This document shows, piece after piece, positions 1 through 9,652 of a stretch of DNA of 64,000 bases (within the stretch, counting starts at the first letter, position 1; each line of letters starts with the position of its first letter). The position numbers were made by a program, and so were the translations under genes. Source of the DNA: an uncultured Anaerolineaceae bacterium (GTDB taxonomy: Bacteria; Chloroflexota; Anaerolineae; JAAYZQ01); assembly GCA_964593865.1 (NCBI GenBank), contig CAZQKE010000089.1, positions 1,358-65,357 of the forward strand, written 5' to 3'. A model generated the notes under the pieces. The model worked only from the letters and a program-made list of their open reading frames with translations. It made no database searches and was not told the origin of the DNA.

Positions 1-124
1 AATTTACTTACGAGTTTGCACCCAAACCGAGGTTTGGGACCAGGCCGCAACCTGGATTTGGCCCCAAAGGTGCTCGCAAGCTTTCCTATCACTCTTCAGC
101 TGTTAAGGTCCTTCATCCTCAAGG

Positions 125-160
125 GTGGCGGAGTATATCACGCTCTTTTCCCCTTGTCAA
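125..160 (-). promoter_or_regulatory. Near-consensus sigma70 promoter on the minus strand (-35 TTGACA at 160..155, 17-nt spacer, -10 TATACT at 137..132) firing toward and beyond window position 1
   Basis: Read directly on the reverse complement as ttgacaaggggaaaagagcgtgatatact. The downstream 1..125 is lower GC than the window average and has no convincing ORF. Confidence 0.4.
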
Positions 161-479
161 ATCGGGGCCGCTCTATGGCTCGCCACCCTGCTTGGGCCTT
201 CCTGCCAGGCTGCTATCTCCGGCCACCCTGACAAGCCCCATCGCCCTCTCCGGGCGAACCGAGGCGGGAGTTTACCACTACCTTTTGGTTTTGTCAAATC
301 GCGAGTTGCGTGTGGCTTGGAGATAAAACAACCAGCAGATCAATCCTTCAACCTGCTGGCCATCGGCCTGACATCGTCCCAGGCCCACATCCCATTAAGG
401 TCCAATTGCGCTGCTATTATACCAAAAGACTATCCCCTTGTCAAGCCCCTAATTTGCCGATTCTCAAAATTTTTCCGGG

Positions 480-1418
480 TCAGGCCAGGTCGTAGGCCAA
501 AAAAAGGGCCGTGACCGGACCGGACTGACCGGGTGGATAAAAAGCGTCTAGGAAGCCGCTGACACGAAACCCGATTTTGAGATAGACCAAAAGCACAGGG
601 TTGGTCACGGGGGCCACGGCCAATAAGGTGCGGGCTTGCTGCCGACGGGCTTGGGCAATGGCCCGGTTGATCAGGCAGGTTGCGATCCCCCAGCGCCGAT
701 AGTCGGGCCGGACAAAAACCTGATCTACATTGGCCGCCCAATCCCAGGGGCGGCGGCTGACCGAGGCGATGCCGACCAACTGTGTCCCATCCCAGGCCAG
801 TAACAACTCCCGATCCGGATCATCTAGATAGGCAGCACATTGTTCTCCCAGGTCCGGGTAGCGGCGGCTCAGGTCCACGACCGCTGCCCGATCTCGGGCT
901 TCGGCCCGTCGATAGATTACGGCTCGCGCCCGCCGCCAGTCGCGCAGGGCCTGCAAATGGGTACGAAATGCGATCTGGTCGTCGGCGGGCAAATCCTCCG
1001 GGGCAAAGGCACGGACTTCCTGAGCGTCATCTCCGGCCCGCAGTTCTCCACCCACGGTGTGGGCAGCATAGAGGATCAACACACCGGTTGGGGGTTCGTG
1101 ACCAAAGGTGTAAACCCCCAACATGCCGTCCAACTCTACCTCCAGGCCGGTTTCCTCCCGCACCTCGCGTACGGCGGCTTCCTCGGCCCGTTCGTCGGCC
1201 TCGACATAGCCCGCAGGCAGACACCATAACCCTCTCTTCGGCTCCACCCCTCGCCGTACCAGGACGACGCGCCTCTCTACTTCAACAAGAACGCCGGCTC
1301 CCACCACAGGGTTGAAGTAGAAGACAAAGCCGCACGCCGGACAGGTTGGTCTCTGTCTTTCCCCATCCCTGCGCCAGACCAATTCGGTGGCACATTTGGG
1401 GCAGTATTTGACATCCAT
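480..1418 (-). CDS. NudC-like NUDIX hydrolase (N-terminal CxxC..CxxC zinc ribbon followed by Nudix box) fused to a C-terminal GNAT acetyltransferase domain
   Basis: Zinc ribbon CPKCATEL..CPACGF, then Nudix box GLWCLPAGYVEADERAEEAAVREVREETGL. The C-terminal half carries a GNAT-like motif (QLVGIASV...RRWGIATCLINRAIAQA). Confidence 0.7.
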   Translation of the reverse strand: MDVKYCPKCATELVWRRDGERQRPTCPACGFVFYFNPVVGAGVLVEVERRVVLVRRGVEPKRGLWCLPAGYVEADERAEEAAVREVREETGLEVELDGMLGVYTFGHEPPTGVLILYAAHTVGGELRAGDDAQEVRAFAPEDLPADDQIAFRTHLQALRDWRRARAVIYRRAEARDRAAVVDLSRRYPDLGEQCAAYLDDPDRELLLAWDGTQLVGIASVSRRPWDWAANVDQVFVRPDYRRWGIATCLINRAIAQARRQQARTLLAVAPVTNPVLLVYLKIGFRVSGFLDAFYPPGQSGPVTALFLAYDLA

Positions 1419-1438
1419 GCGGGCCGCTTCACCATCGT

Positions 1439-1660
1439 TTAGCTCAAGGCGAAGGCCAAGATGATCAACAGGACGAACAAAGCAACGGCGGTGATGGCGA
1501 TCCGTTTCAGGTCTTCAATGACATAGTGGTACTCGGTGGCAAAGTCCACTTCTTTGGGTTGCTGTGTAACGGTGTGGATGGGTTGGGTCGGACGGGCTAC
1601 ACGCACCGGTTGCACAGGTTTTGCAGTGCGCCGTCGGGCGCGACGGGATTTCTTGGCCAT
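1439..1660 (-). CDS. Small tail-anchored membrane protein, polybasic N-terminus plus one C-terminal TM helix (hypothetical); last gene of the ABC operon
   Basis: 73 aa. A GGAGA SD sits 6 nt upstream of the ATG. N-terminus KKSRRARRR. C-terminus ITAVALFVLLIILAFAL is a TM helix. Confidence 0.5.
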   Translation of the reverse strand: MAKKSRRARRRTAKPVQPVRVARPTQPIHTVTQQPKEVDFATEYHYVIEDLKRIAITAVALFVLLIILAFALS

Positions 1661-1674
1661 AATTCAATCTCCTC

Positions 1675-2814
1675 TCAGGTTTTGACGATACGAATGCGAT
1701 AGCGTAACAGCACTTCGCTGCTGATAAGACAAAAGAGGATGATCCCCTGGATCAGCTTGGGGATGCCGGAAGGTTGGATCTCGCGCCCGGCCAGGAGAAG
1801 GGAACCGAACAGGATGGAGACCGGCACGACGACCAGAGGGTTCAGTTTGGAAAGCCAGGCGACGATGATGCCGGTAAAGCCGTAGCCGGGTGAGATGGCC
1901 GCCTGCAAGCGATGAACCACGCCCGAAATTTCGGACATGCCGGCCAGCCCGGCCAGCCCGCCGGAGACCATCATCACCAGCACGGTGTTGCGCACGATGT
2001 TGATACCGGCATAGCGAGCAGCTTGGGGGTTATCACCGGTCAGCTCAATCTCAAACCCCCATTTGCTGCGATACAGGACCCACCAAAGCACCACGGCGGC
2101 GACGATGCCGATCAGAAGGCCCAGGTGGGTGGTCAGGCCGCGAAAGGCCGGGACCCGGTCGGCGAAATCGGAAAGGCGAGGCATCCAGGCCGATTTGGGG
2201 AACATGGGACTCATCTGAAAGCCCCCCTCCGACCAGACGGCATAGATGAAAAAGTTGATCAGAGAAAGGGCAATGTAGTTCATCATCAGGGTTGTCACCA
2301 CCTCGTTGACGTTGAGCTTGGCCTTGAGGATGCCTGGTATAAAACCCCACAAGGCCCCGGCGGCGATCCCGGCGACGGCCATGGCCGTCAGCATGATGGG
2401 CGCGGGCGTCTCCGGCGGCAGGAGGGGCGTCAGGACGACGGCGCTGGCGGCAAAGGCCCCGACGAAGAGTTGCCCTTCCGCACCGATGTTCCACAGCTTC
2501 ATGCGGAAGGCGATGGTGCAGGCCAGGCTTGTCAGGATGATGGGCGTGGCTTTGACCAACGTATCGGAAAAGACACCGATGCTGCCAAAGGATGCCTGGG
2601 CGATGTGGGCGTAAGCCCGCAAGGGATTGCCGCCGACAACGGCCAATACGATCCCGCCCAAAAACAGGGCGACCACAATGGCCCCCACCGAGATCAAGGG
2701 AGGCATCCAGCGCGGAACTTCCTCTATGCGCGGCTCCACCCGAATTGCGAAGGGTATTTTCCCTTTCTTTCCCATCGTTGCCGTTTCAGACACCGTTCTT
2801 CTCCCCGTCGTCAA
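1675..2814 (-). CDS. ABC transporter permease, BMP/nucleoside (YufP/YufQ-like) family
   Basis: Multi-TM permease translation. In an operon with a duplicated ABC ATPase and a BMP lipoprotein. Overlaps the ATPase stop. Confidence 0.8.
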   Translation of the reverse strand: MTTGRRTVSETATMGKKGKIPFAIRVEPRIEEVPRWMPPLISVGAIVVALFLGGIVLAVVGGNPLRAYAHIAQASFGSIGVFSDTLVKATPIILTSLACTIAFRMKLWNIGAEGQLFVGAFAASAVVLTPLLPPETPAPIMLTAMAVAGIAAGALWGFIPGILKAKLNVNEVVTTLMMNYIALSLINFFIYAVWSEGGFQMSPMFPKSAWMPRLSDFADRVPAFRGLTTHLGLLIGIVAAVVLWWVLYRSKWGFEIELTGDNPQAARYAGINIVRNTVLVMMVSGGLAGLAGMSEISGVVHRLQAAISPGYGFTGIIVAWLSKLNPLVVVPVSILFGSLLLAGREIQPSGIPKLIQGIILFCLISSEVLLRYRIRIVKT

Positions 2815-4357
2815 CTTGTCCCGTCATCATCAGCCCGATCCGCTCTCGTGTGGTCTCATCCACCTCACCGTGCACCTCGCCCACGATCCGGCCTTCGTAC
2901 AGGACGGCGATGCGGTCGCTCAAGGAGATGATCTCATCCAGTTCCTCCGAGACCAAGAGGATGGCCGCCCCCCGACGGCGCAGGTCCAGCAGCAGGCGGT
3001 GGACTCCCTCAATAGCGCCCACATCCAGTCCCCGCGTGGGTTGCATGGCGATCATCAGCTTCGGTTCCGCCGAGATCTCGCGGGCCAGGATGACGCGCTG
3101 CAGGTTGCCGCCGGAAAGAAAGCGGACGGGGGTATCCACCGACGGCGCGCTGATGTCATAGGCTTCTTTCAGCTCCTGGGCACGGCGGCGGGCGGTGGGG
3201 TAGTGGACGGCCCAGCCGTGGGCAATGGGCGGCCGGCGGTACGATTTGAGGATCAGGTTGTGGGTGATGCTCAGATTGGGGGCCGAACCGACCTCCTTGC
3301 GGTCCTCCGGTACGTGGGCCACCCCCTGCTCGATGGCGGTGCGGGCCGAGCGGTTGCTGACCTCCCGGCCGTTGACCAGGACGCGCCCGGCGGTGCAGGG
3401 GCGCAGGCCGGTGATCACTTCGGCCAGCTCCCGCTGACCGTTGCCCGCCACCCCGGCGATGCCCAAAATCTCCCCGGCGCGGATTTGGAAGGAGACATTG
3501 CGCAGGGCGGGCAATCCTTTGTCGTTTTCGGCGGAGACGCCCTCCACCGAAAGGACGATCTCCCCCGGCTCCTGCTCCTCCCGCTCAATGTGGAAGAGAA
3601 CCGGTCGGCCCACCATGAGCCGGGCCAGGTCGGCGGGGGTCGTTTCGGCGGGGCGCAGGCCGGCTGCCGTGACCCGCCCCTTGCGCAGGACGGTGATCCG
3701 GTCGGCGATTTCCATCACCTCGCCCAGTTTGTGGGAGATAAAGACCATAGATTTGCCTTCGGCGATCATGCTGCGCAGGATGGCAAACAGGTCTTCGATC
3801 TCCTGGGGGGCCAGGACCGCCGTGGGTTCATCCAGGATCAAAATATCCGCACCGCGATAGAGCATTTTGAGGATCTCGACGCGCTGCTGCTCGCCCACAG
3901 AAAGCTGCCAGATCTTGGCCCTGGGGTCCACATAGAGGCCGAAACTCTCGGCCAGCTCGGCGATGCGCCGCTCGTAGCGGGACAGGTTCATCACAAAGCG
4001 CGGCTCATCAAGGCCCAGCAGGACGTTTTCTGTGACGGATTGGGAAGGGACCAGCATGAAATGTTGGTGGACCATGCCGATCCCGCGCTCGATGGCGTCG
4101 CGGGGGGAGCGAAAGGCGACCGGTTGGCCGTGGACGCGGATGATGCCCTCTTCGGGCCGGTAGAGACCGGCCAGGACGTTCATCAGCGTGCTCTTGCCCG
4201 CGCCGTTTTCGCCCAGCAGGGCGTGAATCTCGCCGCTGCGCAGCGTAAAGTCCACCCGGTCGTTGGCCAACACGCCGGGAAAACGTTTGGTGATCCCCCG
4301 CATTTCTACGGCAAAATCCTGGGGATTAGACATAAGACTCTCCCCGTGCGAGATCAT
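2786..4357 (-). CDS. ABC transporter ATP-binding protein with two tandem ABC domains (sugar/nucleoside type)
   Basis: Two Walker A motifs (GENGAGKST and GVAGNGQ), LSGGQ-like signatures LSVGEQQR and LSGGNLQR, and two Walker B motifs ([18 protein letters not shown]). Confidence 0.85.
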   Translation of the reverse strand: MISHGESLMSNPQDFAVEMRGITKRFPGVLANDRVDFTLRSGEIHALLGENGAGKSTLMNVLAGLYRPEEGIIRVHGQPVAFRSPRDAIERGIGMVHQHFMLVPSQSVTENVLLGLDEPRFVMNLSRYERRIAELAESFGLYVDPRAKIWQLSVGEQQRVEILKMLYRGADILILDEPTAVLAPQEIEDLFAILRSMIAEGKSMVFISHKLGEVMEIADRITVLRKGRVTAAGLRPAETTPADLARLMVGRPVLFHIEREEQEPGEIVLSVEGVSAENDKGLPALRNVSFQIRAGEILGIAGVAGNGQRELAEVITGLRPCTAGRVLVNGREVSNRSARTAIEQGVAHVPEDRKEVGSAPNLSITHNLILKSYRRPPIAHGWAVHYPTARRRAQELKEAYDISAPSVDTPVRFLSGGNLQRVILAREISAEPKLMIAMQPTRGLDVGAIEGVHRLLLDLRRRGAAILLVSEELDEIISLSDRIAVLYEGRIVGEVHGEVDETTRERIGLMMTGQVDDGEKNGV

Positions 4358-4473
4358 CCAGGAAAGCTTGGAATTTGTCTATATCCTGCCAATGTCTATC
4401 GTGCATCGGCAACCCACTGCCCAGGGACAACAAAGGGCCGGGGAGACAAGCATCCCCCCGGCCCCTTCTCCCC

Positions 4474-5685
4474 TCAGTCTGACAACTCCGGCAGCTCGGC
4501 GGTGATGCCTTCGGCCCACCAGTACATGCAGTACTTGCATTCCAGACCGGGTGCACCGGGCGGGAACTGGTCTAGGTCGCTTTGCTCCATCTTTTCGCCT
4601 GCCGGGACGACAATGTTGCCCTGGTTGTCCTTGATCGGCCCGGCAAAGACGTCAAAGCGGGTGAATTCTCCGGCCAGCATCTTGGCCAGCGTGTCCTTTA
4701 CCAACTGCACATCCTCGGCAGGGAGGTCGGCGATGCCGGGCGGCGGCGTCTCCCCTTCCATAAAGCCAAAGAGTCCCAACGCGCCGCTATCGGCGTCAAA
4801 GTAGTGCCAGCCCACCTCATAGGTCCCGTCGCGGACACCCTCGGCAATCTGGACATAGACCGGCCCCCAGTTCCAGTAGGGCGCGGTCAGGCAGGCATCC
4901 ACCTTGCAGGAACCGTACCAGTCGTAGGTCACGCCCCACTTGCCCTTCTCCTGGGCCACGTCGGCCACGGCGGGCGTATCGGCCCCGGTAAAGACGACTT
5001 GGGCACCGGCGTCAAAGAGGGAGGCGGCAGCTTCCTTCTCCACAACCGGATCGTGCCAGGTGTGGATCCAGCGGACGTCCATCGTGCATTCAGGGCAGGT
5101 CTTTTTCATCCCCAGGGCGATGGCATTGCCCAAGCGGATCTCCTCCGGGATGGGGAAGGTGGCCATGTAGCCCAGTTTGGGGTTGCCGTCCACCTTGGCC
5201 CGCGAACCGGCCAGCATCCCGGCCAGGTACTTCATGTCTTCCATGGCCCCGAACAGGTTGCCAAAGTTCTTCTGGTTGGACTTGTAACCGCTGATGTGGA
5301 TGTAGGTGATGTCGGGGAATTCCTCGGCGACCGTCTCCATGGCATCCATGTAGCCGAAAGAGGTGCCGAAGATTAGGTCAAACCCTTTGCGGGAGAGGCT
5401 GCGAAAGACCTGTTCCGAATCCGCGCCTTCGGGCACGTTCTCGATGTAGGCCACGTGGACATTGTCCATGTGCTCACCCACATACTCCAAGCCTTCATAG
5501 TGAGCCTGGCTCCAGCCGCCGTCGTCGTGGGGGCCGATGAGGACCATCGCCACGTTGAACTTGCCCTTCTCAATGGCCGGAATCTCGAACCCGCCGACCA
5601 CTTCGGGCTTTTCCTCGCCGCAAGCACTCAGTGCCAGGGAGAGGAGCAACACGATCACAACCGCCCATGTTCCTTTTCTGGTCAT
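4474..5685 (-). CDS. BMP-family (basic membrane protein) ABC substrate-binding lipoprotein, probable nucleoside/purine binding
   Basis: Signal peptide with lipobox LSAC. Bmp/PnrA-like periplasmic binding fold motifs. First gene of the transporter operon. Confidence 0.8.
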   Translation of the reverse strand: MTRKGTWAVVIVLLLSLALSACGEEKPEVVGGFEIPAIEKGKFNVAMVLIGPHDDGGWSQAHYEGLEYVGEHMDNVHVAYIENVPEGADSEQVFRSLSRKGFDLIFGTSFGYMDAMETVAEEFPDITYIHISGYKSNQKNFGNLFGAMEDMKYLAGMLAGSRAKVDGNPKLGYMATFPIPEEIRLGNAIALGMKKTCPECTMDVRWIHTWHDPVVEKEAAASLFDAGAQVVFTGADTPAVADVAQEKGKWGVTYDWYGSCKVDACLTAPYWNWGPVYVQIAEGVRDGTYEVGWHYFDADSGALGLFGFMEGETPPPGIADLPAEDVQLVKDTLAKMLAGEFTRFDVFAGPIKDNQGNIVVPAGEKMEQSDLDQFPPGAPGLECKYCMYWWAEGITAELPELSD

Positions 5686-5734
5686 TTCATCCCTCCTCTA
5701 TTTTATTGTGACGGATTGAACACCGCGCCACAAC

Positions 5735-5770
5735 GGTTCGCCGTCGTCCGTCCGGCGCGGGTCAATTATA
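5735..5770 (-). promoter_or_regulatory. Candidate promoter of the BMP ABC operon (-10 TATAAT at 5770..5765, -35 TTGCCG 17 nt upstream), then a ~80-nt 5' UTR with a GC hairpin
   Basis: Reverse complement reads ttgccgcccatcagattttggggtataat. It is followed by cgcgccggacggacgacggcgaaccgttgtggcgcg and an AGGAGG SD. Confidence 0.4.
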
Positions 5771-6258
5771 CCCCAAAATCTGATGGGCGGCAAGTAAACG
5801 AAAGGTGGGAGCGCAAGCCCAAGCCGCAAGCAGGATTGAACCGGTCGCCGGAAAAGCGGATGGCGGGAGGTCGGCAAGCCGACCGTACGGGGATTCTGGG
5901 TAACCGCTTGCCTCTGTCGGCCCAAATGGCCAGGGGCGTGGTGCGTGGAGAGGAAACGGTCTGACCGGCGGCCGGGAGATTCTACCGCGAGAGCACGCCT
6001 TTGCTGCCGAAAGGACAAACCGGTGATTGTGGTTACCGTTGCCAACCTGCCCGTACCGGTGTTGATCTACGCCGGTCGGTTCTCCTCCGTGGCGGCCAAC
6101 CCTGGGCGGGAACCGGGAAGTTTATCGTGCTTTGTGCATCATCCGTGCCCTGTTTCCCGGAGACCGTTGCGCTTCGTCGGGGATGCGGATCCGACCGGTA
6201 GGTCTTTCTGGGCCGGTTGATGCTTTCCCGGCTGTCCCGTTGCAATGTGGCTCTGTAC

Positions 6259-6954
6259 TTATCCTTCTATGATCCGGTGGTAGGGGATGAATCCTTTGCT
6301 CCCCCAGCCTCGGCCTTCGCGGGCATCTAGGATTTCCACATTAATTTCGGCCAAGCCGTCTACCAGCGATTGCCGGTCCACGTCCTCTACTTTGACGGTG
6401 ACGAGCTGTTTGTCGGGTTCTTGGGCCGGTAGGGTGGTCAAGCGGATGATGTTGCCTCCTAGTTCGGCAATGCGACCTGTCAACCGCGCCAATTCCCCTC
6501 TGACATCGCGGACGACCAGAGTCAAGCGCACGCCGGTTGAGCGCGCGCCCAGTTGCTCGACAAAGATGTTGAACAGATCGGTCTCGGTGATGATGCCTAC
6601 CAACCGATCTTGGCGCACCACCGGCAGGCAGCCGATTTTGTGCTCGGCCATGACCAGGGCCGCCTCCTCCAGGGGGCAGTCTTCTTCAACGACGATGACT
6701 TTTCTGGTCATGGCGTCACGGACCTGCATTTTAGCCAGCAGAAAATTGATTTCCCAGACGCTCAAAGAGGTAGCCGGAGAAGGGGACGCTTGTAGTAAGT
6801 CGGTTTGGGTGACGATGCCTACCAATCGGTCCTTCTTTTTGACGACCGGTAGATGGCGCAATCGGTTCTTGCGCATCAAACGGATGGCTTCTTCGACAGA
6901 AGTTTTGGGTGAGACGACGATAGGATCTTTGGTCATCCAATCCCGCACGAACAT
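6259..6954 (-). CDS. CBS-pair x2 plus C-terminal ACT domain protein
   Basis: Two CBS pairs (RHLPVV..., GCLPVV...). The C-terminal segment resembles an ACT domain (LTLVVRDVRGELARLTGRIAELGGNI). Confidence 0.7.
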   Translation of the reverse strand: MFVRDWMTKDPIVVSPKTSVEEAIRLMRKNRLRHLPVVKKKDRLVGIVTQTDLLQASPSPATSLSVWEINFLLAKMQVRDAMTRKVIVVEEDCPLEEAALVMAEHKIGCLPVVRQDRLVGIITETDLFNIFVEQLGARSTGVRLTLVVRDVRGELARLTGRIAELGGNIIRLTTLPAQEPDKQLVTVKVEDVDRQSLVDGLAEINVEILDAREGRGWGSKGFIPYHRIIEG

Positions 6955-6966
6955 CGGTTCTCCTCC

Positions 6967-7455
6967 TCATCTTGCCCGCTCGAATTTATCCAGCTGCACA
7001 CCGGCGGCTTCCAAAAAACCGACGGCGATCTCGTCGGGGTATTCGCCGCCGTAGACGACACGGACGATCCCGGCATTGATGATCATTTTGGCACAGGTCA
7101 AGCAGGGTTGATGGGTGACGTAGATGGTGCTACCCGAAACATCCACGCCGTGGAGGGCCGCTTGGATGATGGCATTCTGTTCGGCGTGGAGGGTGCGCAC
7201 ACAATGGCCGCCGACCATGAGGCAACCAACTTCGGTGCAGTGGGGCAAGCCGGTTGGTGCGCCGTTGTAGCCGGTGGTCAAGATTCGCTTATCGCGGACG
7301 ATGACGGCCCCTACGGCGGCGCGCGGGCAGGTGCTCCGTCGCGCTACCTGGAAGGTAATCTCCATGAAATAATCGTCCCATGCCGGGCGCCGCACCGATT
7401 CCGCAACCTGCCGGTCATTCCCCCATTCCCTATCGGTCATTCTTCCATTCCCCAT
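6967..7455 (-). CDS. dCMP deaminase (cytidine/deoxycytidylate deaminase zinc-binding family)
   Basis: HAEQNAI and PCLTCAKMI zinc-binding motifs. The N-terminus RPAWDDYFM is typical of ComEB/dCMP deaminase. The start could be the MTDREW Met at 7440. Confidence 0.8.
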   Translation of the reverse strand: MGNGRMTDREWGNDRQVAESVRRPAWDDYFMEITFQVARRSTCPRAAVGAVIVRDKRILTTGYNGAPTGLPHCTEVGCLMVGGHCVRTLHAEQNAIIQAALHGVDVSGSTIYVTHQPCLTCAKMIINAGIVRVVYGGEYPDEIAVGFLEAAGVQLDKFERAR

Positions 7456-7461
7456 TGGTCA

Positions 7462-8133
7462 TTAAGGAATCCTCTCCGTCTCATCCGCCTTTGTACCGAA
7501 CAGGCGATCTCCCGCATCGCCCAGACCGGGGACGATATAGCCCCTGTCGTTGAGGCAGCAGTCGGCAGCGGCGATGTAGATGTCCACGTCGGGATGGGCC
7601 TGTTGCATGGCGGCGATCCCTTCCGGTGCGGCAATGAGGCCCACATACTTGATGCGCTGCAGGCCGTGGCGTTTGAGAATGTTGCAGGCCGCCACCGCCG
7701 AGCCGCCGGTGGCCAGCATCGGGTCCAGCAGCAGACAGAGGTCTACTTCCTCGGCGGAGGGCAGCTTGCAATAATATTCGACCGGCTGCAAGGTCTCTTC
7801 ATCGCGGTAAAGGCCGATGTGCCCGATCTGGGCTTCGGGCAGCAGGTTCCAGATAGGGTCCACCATGCCCAGCCCTGCGCGCAGGACCGGGACCAGGGCC
7901 ACCCGCTCGGCCAGGGCGTAGCCGGTCGCCGGGGCCAGAGGGGTCATGACCGTTTTGGTGACCAAAGCCAGGTCGGCCAGGGCTTCGTAGGCCAGGAGGG
8001 TGGTGATCTCCCAGGTCAACTCCCGGAAGCGACGCACGCCGGTATCGGCCCCCCGCAGGACGGTCAGCTTATGGCGCACCAGCGGGTGTTTGGATTCATA
8101 GACATTTTTGGGTACCTTGTTTGCAGAGTTCAC
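7462..8133 (-). CDS. upp: Uracil phosphoribosyltransferase
   Basis: Full-length UPRT signature: KHPLVRHKLTVLRGADT, PRPP-binding LLLDPMLATGGSA, and C-terminal GYIVPGLGDAGDR. Confidence 0.9.
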   Translation of the reverse strand: MNSANKVPKNVYESKHPLVRHKLTVLRGADTGVRRFRELTWEITTLLAYEALADLALVTKTVMTPLAPATGYALAERVALVPVLRAGLGMVDPIWNLLPEAQIGHIGLYRDEETLQPVEYYCKLPSAEEVDLCLLLDPMLATGGSAVAACNILKRHGLQRIKYVGLIAAPEGIAAMQQAHPDVDIYIAAADCCLNDRGYIVPGLGDAGDRLFGTKADETERIP

Positions 8134-8206
8134 GGATTTCCCCCTGTATCCAAGCTACCTGCGGCGATCCGTTCGGTGAATCGGGTGTTTTTGATTCTGC
8201 TGCCCG

Positions 8207-9367
8207 TCAGCCATGCCGTTGGGCAAAGCGGGCCATGCGCTCCAACGCCTCCTCTATCTGTTCATAGGCGGTGGCGTAAGAGCAACGCACGTGCCCCGCG
8301 CCGCAGGCACCGAAGGCACTGCCCGGTACGCAGGCCACCTTTTCCTCCATCAGCAACCGTTCGGAAAATTCCTCGTCGCTCATGCCGGTTGCCTCAATGG
8401 AGGGGAAGGCGTAGAAGGCCCCTTTCGGCTCAAAGCAGGTCAAGCCGATGCTGTTCAGCCCGTCTACGATGAGGCGGCGGCGGCGGTCGTAGCGGGCGCG
8501 CATCTCTTGAACCGCTTCTTCGCCGCGACGCAGGGCTTCCAGGGCGGCGAACTGGGCCGTGGTCGGTGCGGACATGATGGTGTACTGATGGACTTTGCGC
8601 ATCGCGCCCAAAATCTCCGCCGGGGCGGCGGCGTAGCCGATACGCCAGCCGGTCATGGCATAGGATTTGGAAAAGCCGCCCAGCAGGATCGTCCGCTTTT
8701 GCATCCCCGGCAAGGAGGCGAAGCAGGTGTGCTCCACGCCGTAGACCAAGCGGTCATAGATCTCGTCCGAGATGACCAACAGGTCATGTTTTTCGGCCAC
8801 GCGGGCAATATCCAGCAGACGTTCGCGGCTCATCACCGCGCCGGTGGGGTTGTTGGGGTAGGCCAGCAACAGCGATTTGGTCCTCTCGGTGATGGCTGCT
8901 TCCACTTGGGAAGCAAGCAGCTGAAAATCGTTCTCCACATCGGTACAGACATTGACCGGCTCTCCCCCGGCAAAGATCACCTCCGGGTTGTAGGAGACAA
9001 AGCACGGCTCCGGGACGATCACCTGATCGCCGGGGTCCACGGTGGCGGTAAGGGCCAGATAGAGGGCCTCGGAGACGCCGACGGTGATGAGCAGCTCGGT
9101 CTCCGGGTCATAGCGCACGCCGTAGAGCCGTTCCAGGTGTTCGGCCAGGGCGACGCGCAACTCCATGATGCCGGAGTTGGAGGTGTAGTGGGTTTCCCCA
9201 GCTTCCAGGGAATCGATCCCGGCGCGGACGATGCCCGGCGGCGTGGCAAAATCGGGTTCACCGATGCCTAACGAGATCACATCATCCATCGTAGCGGCAA
9301 TGTCAAAAAAGCGACGGATACCGCTGGGTGGCACGGCCTGGACTTTTTGGGCGACAAAGGTCTTCAT
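8207..9367 (-). CDS. PLP-dependent aminotransferase, class I/II (aspartate/aromatic type)
   Basis: PLP lysine motif SFSKSYAMTGWRIGY, NPTG, and overall AAT fold. Start re-picked at MKTF (9367) with an AAGGAG SD 9 nt upstream. The track ORF starts earlier at 9421. Confidence 0.8.
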   Translation of the reverse strand: MKTFVAQKVQAVPPSGIRRFFDIAATMDDVISLGIGEPDFATPPGIVRAGIDSLEAGETHYTSNSGIMELRVALAEHLERLYGVRYDPETELLITVGVSEALYLALTATVDPGDQVIVPEPCFVSYNPEVIFAGGEPVNVCTDVENDFQLLASQVEAAITERTKSLLLAYPNNPTGAVMSRERLLDIARVAEKHDLLVISDEIYDRLVYGVEHTCFASLPGMQKRTILLGGFSKSYAMTGWRIGYAAAPAEILGAMRKVHQYTIMSAPTTAQFAALEALRRGEEAVQEMRARYDRRRRLIVDGLNSIGLTCFEPKGAFYAFPSIEATGMSDEEFSERLLMEEKVACVPGSAFGACGAGHVRCSYATAYEQIEEALERMARFAQRHG

Positions 9368-9396
9368 TTGTCCCATCTCCTTTGATTGGTCATTGT

Positions 9397-9645
9397 TCAT
9401 TCTTTGGTTTCTACGGTCCAACGGTCTTTCCGCTCGCAGTAATGCAGGTCAAACCGTCGGGCCGTGTCGGTGCATACCCGAAATGCAGGGCCTTGCGGCG
9501 TGCGCCAACGGGCTTCTATCTCGGCAACGGCGTAGTGGTGGCCCTGCCAGGTAAAAGCACGCGGCTCTTGGGCGTATGTGTAACCGGAATAGCACTCCAC
9601 CCGCGCCTCGGCAACCCCTGTGCCGGGGCCTGGTTCCTCGGCCAT
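9397..9645 (-). CDS. Hypothetical small protein (82 aa) between transaldolase and the aminotransferase
   Basis: ATG with an SD-like GTGAGGGG upstream. Not antisense to anything. Coding-like composition. Cys/His rich (C..C...H..H). Confidence 0.4.
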   Translation of the reverse strand: MAEEPGPGTGVAEARVECYSGYTYAQEPRAFTWQGHHYAVAEIEARWRTPQGPAFRVCTDTARRFDLHYCERKDRWTVETKE

Positions 9646-9652
9646 GTTCCCC

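Noticed and set aside
1-480. RNase P RNA, tmRNA, SRP RNA or 6S RNA in the gene-free low-GC region
   Set aside because: Searched both strands for the universal cores (GGAAAGUCCGGGC / ACAGAAACCCGGCUUA; tmRNA 3' GGUUCGAUUCC..CCACCA; SRP GUCCGGAAGGAAGCAGC). None present.
2627-4804. 725-aa plus-strand ORF
   Set aside because: Antisense to the ABC ATPase and BMP lipoprotein genes. No recognisable domains.
5771-6258. Cobalamin/TPP/purine riboswitch upstream of the BMP ABC operon
   Set aside because: No B12 box (GCCACUG), no CUGAGA/ACCUGA TPP elements, no purine-riboswitch junction. Left as unexplained spacer.
8213-9271. 352-aa plus-strand ORF
   Set aside because: Antisense to the aminotransferase.
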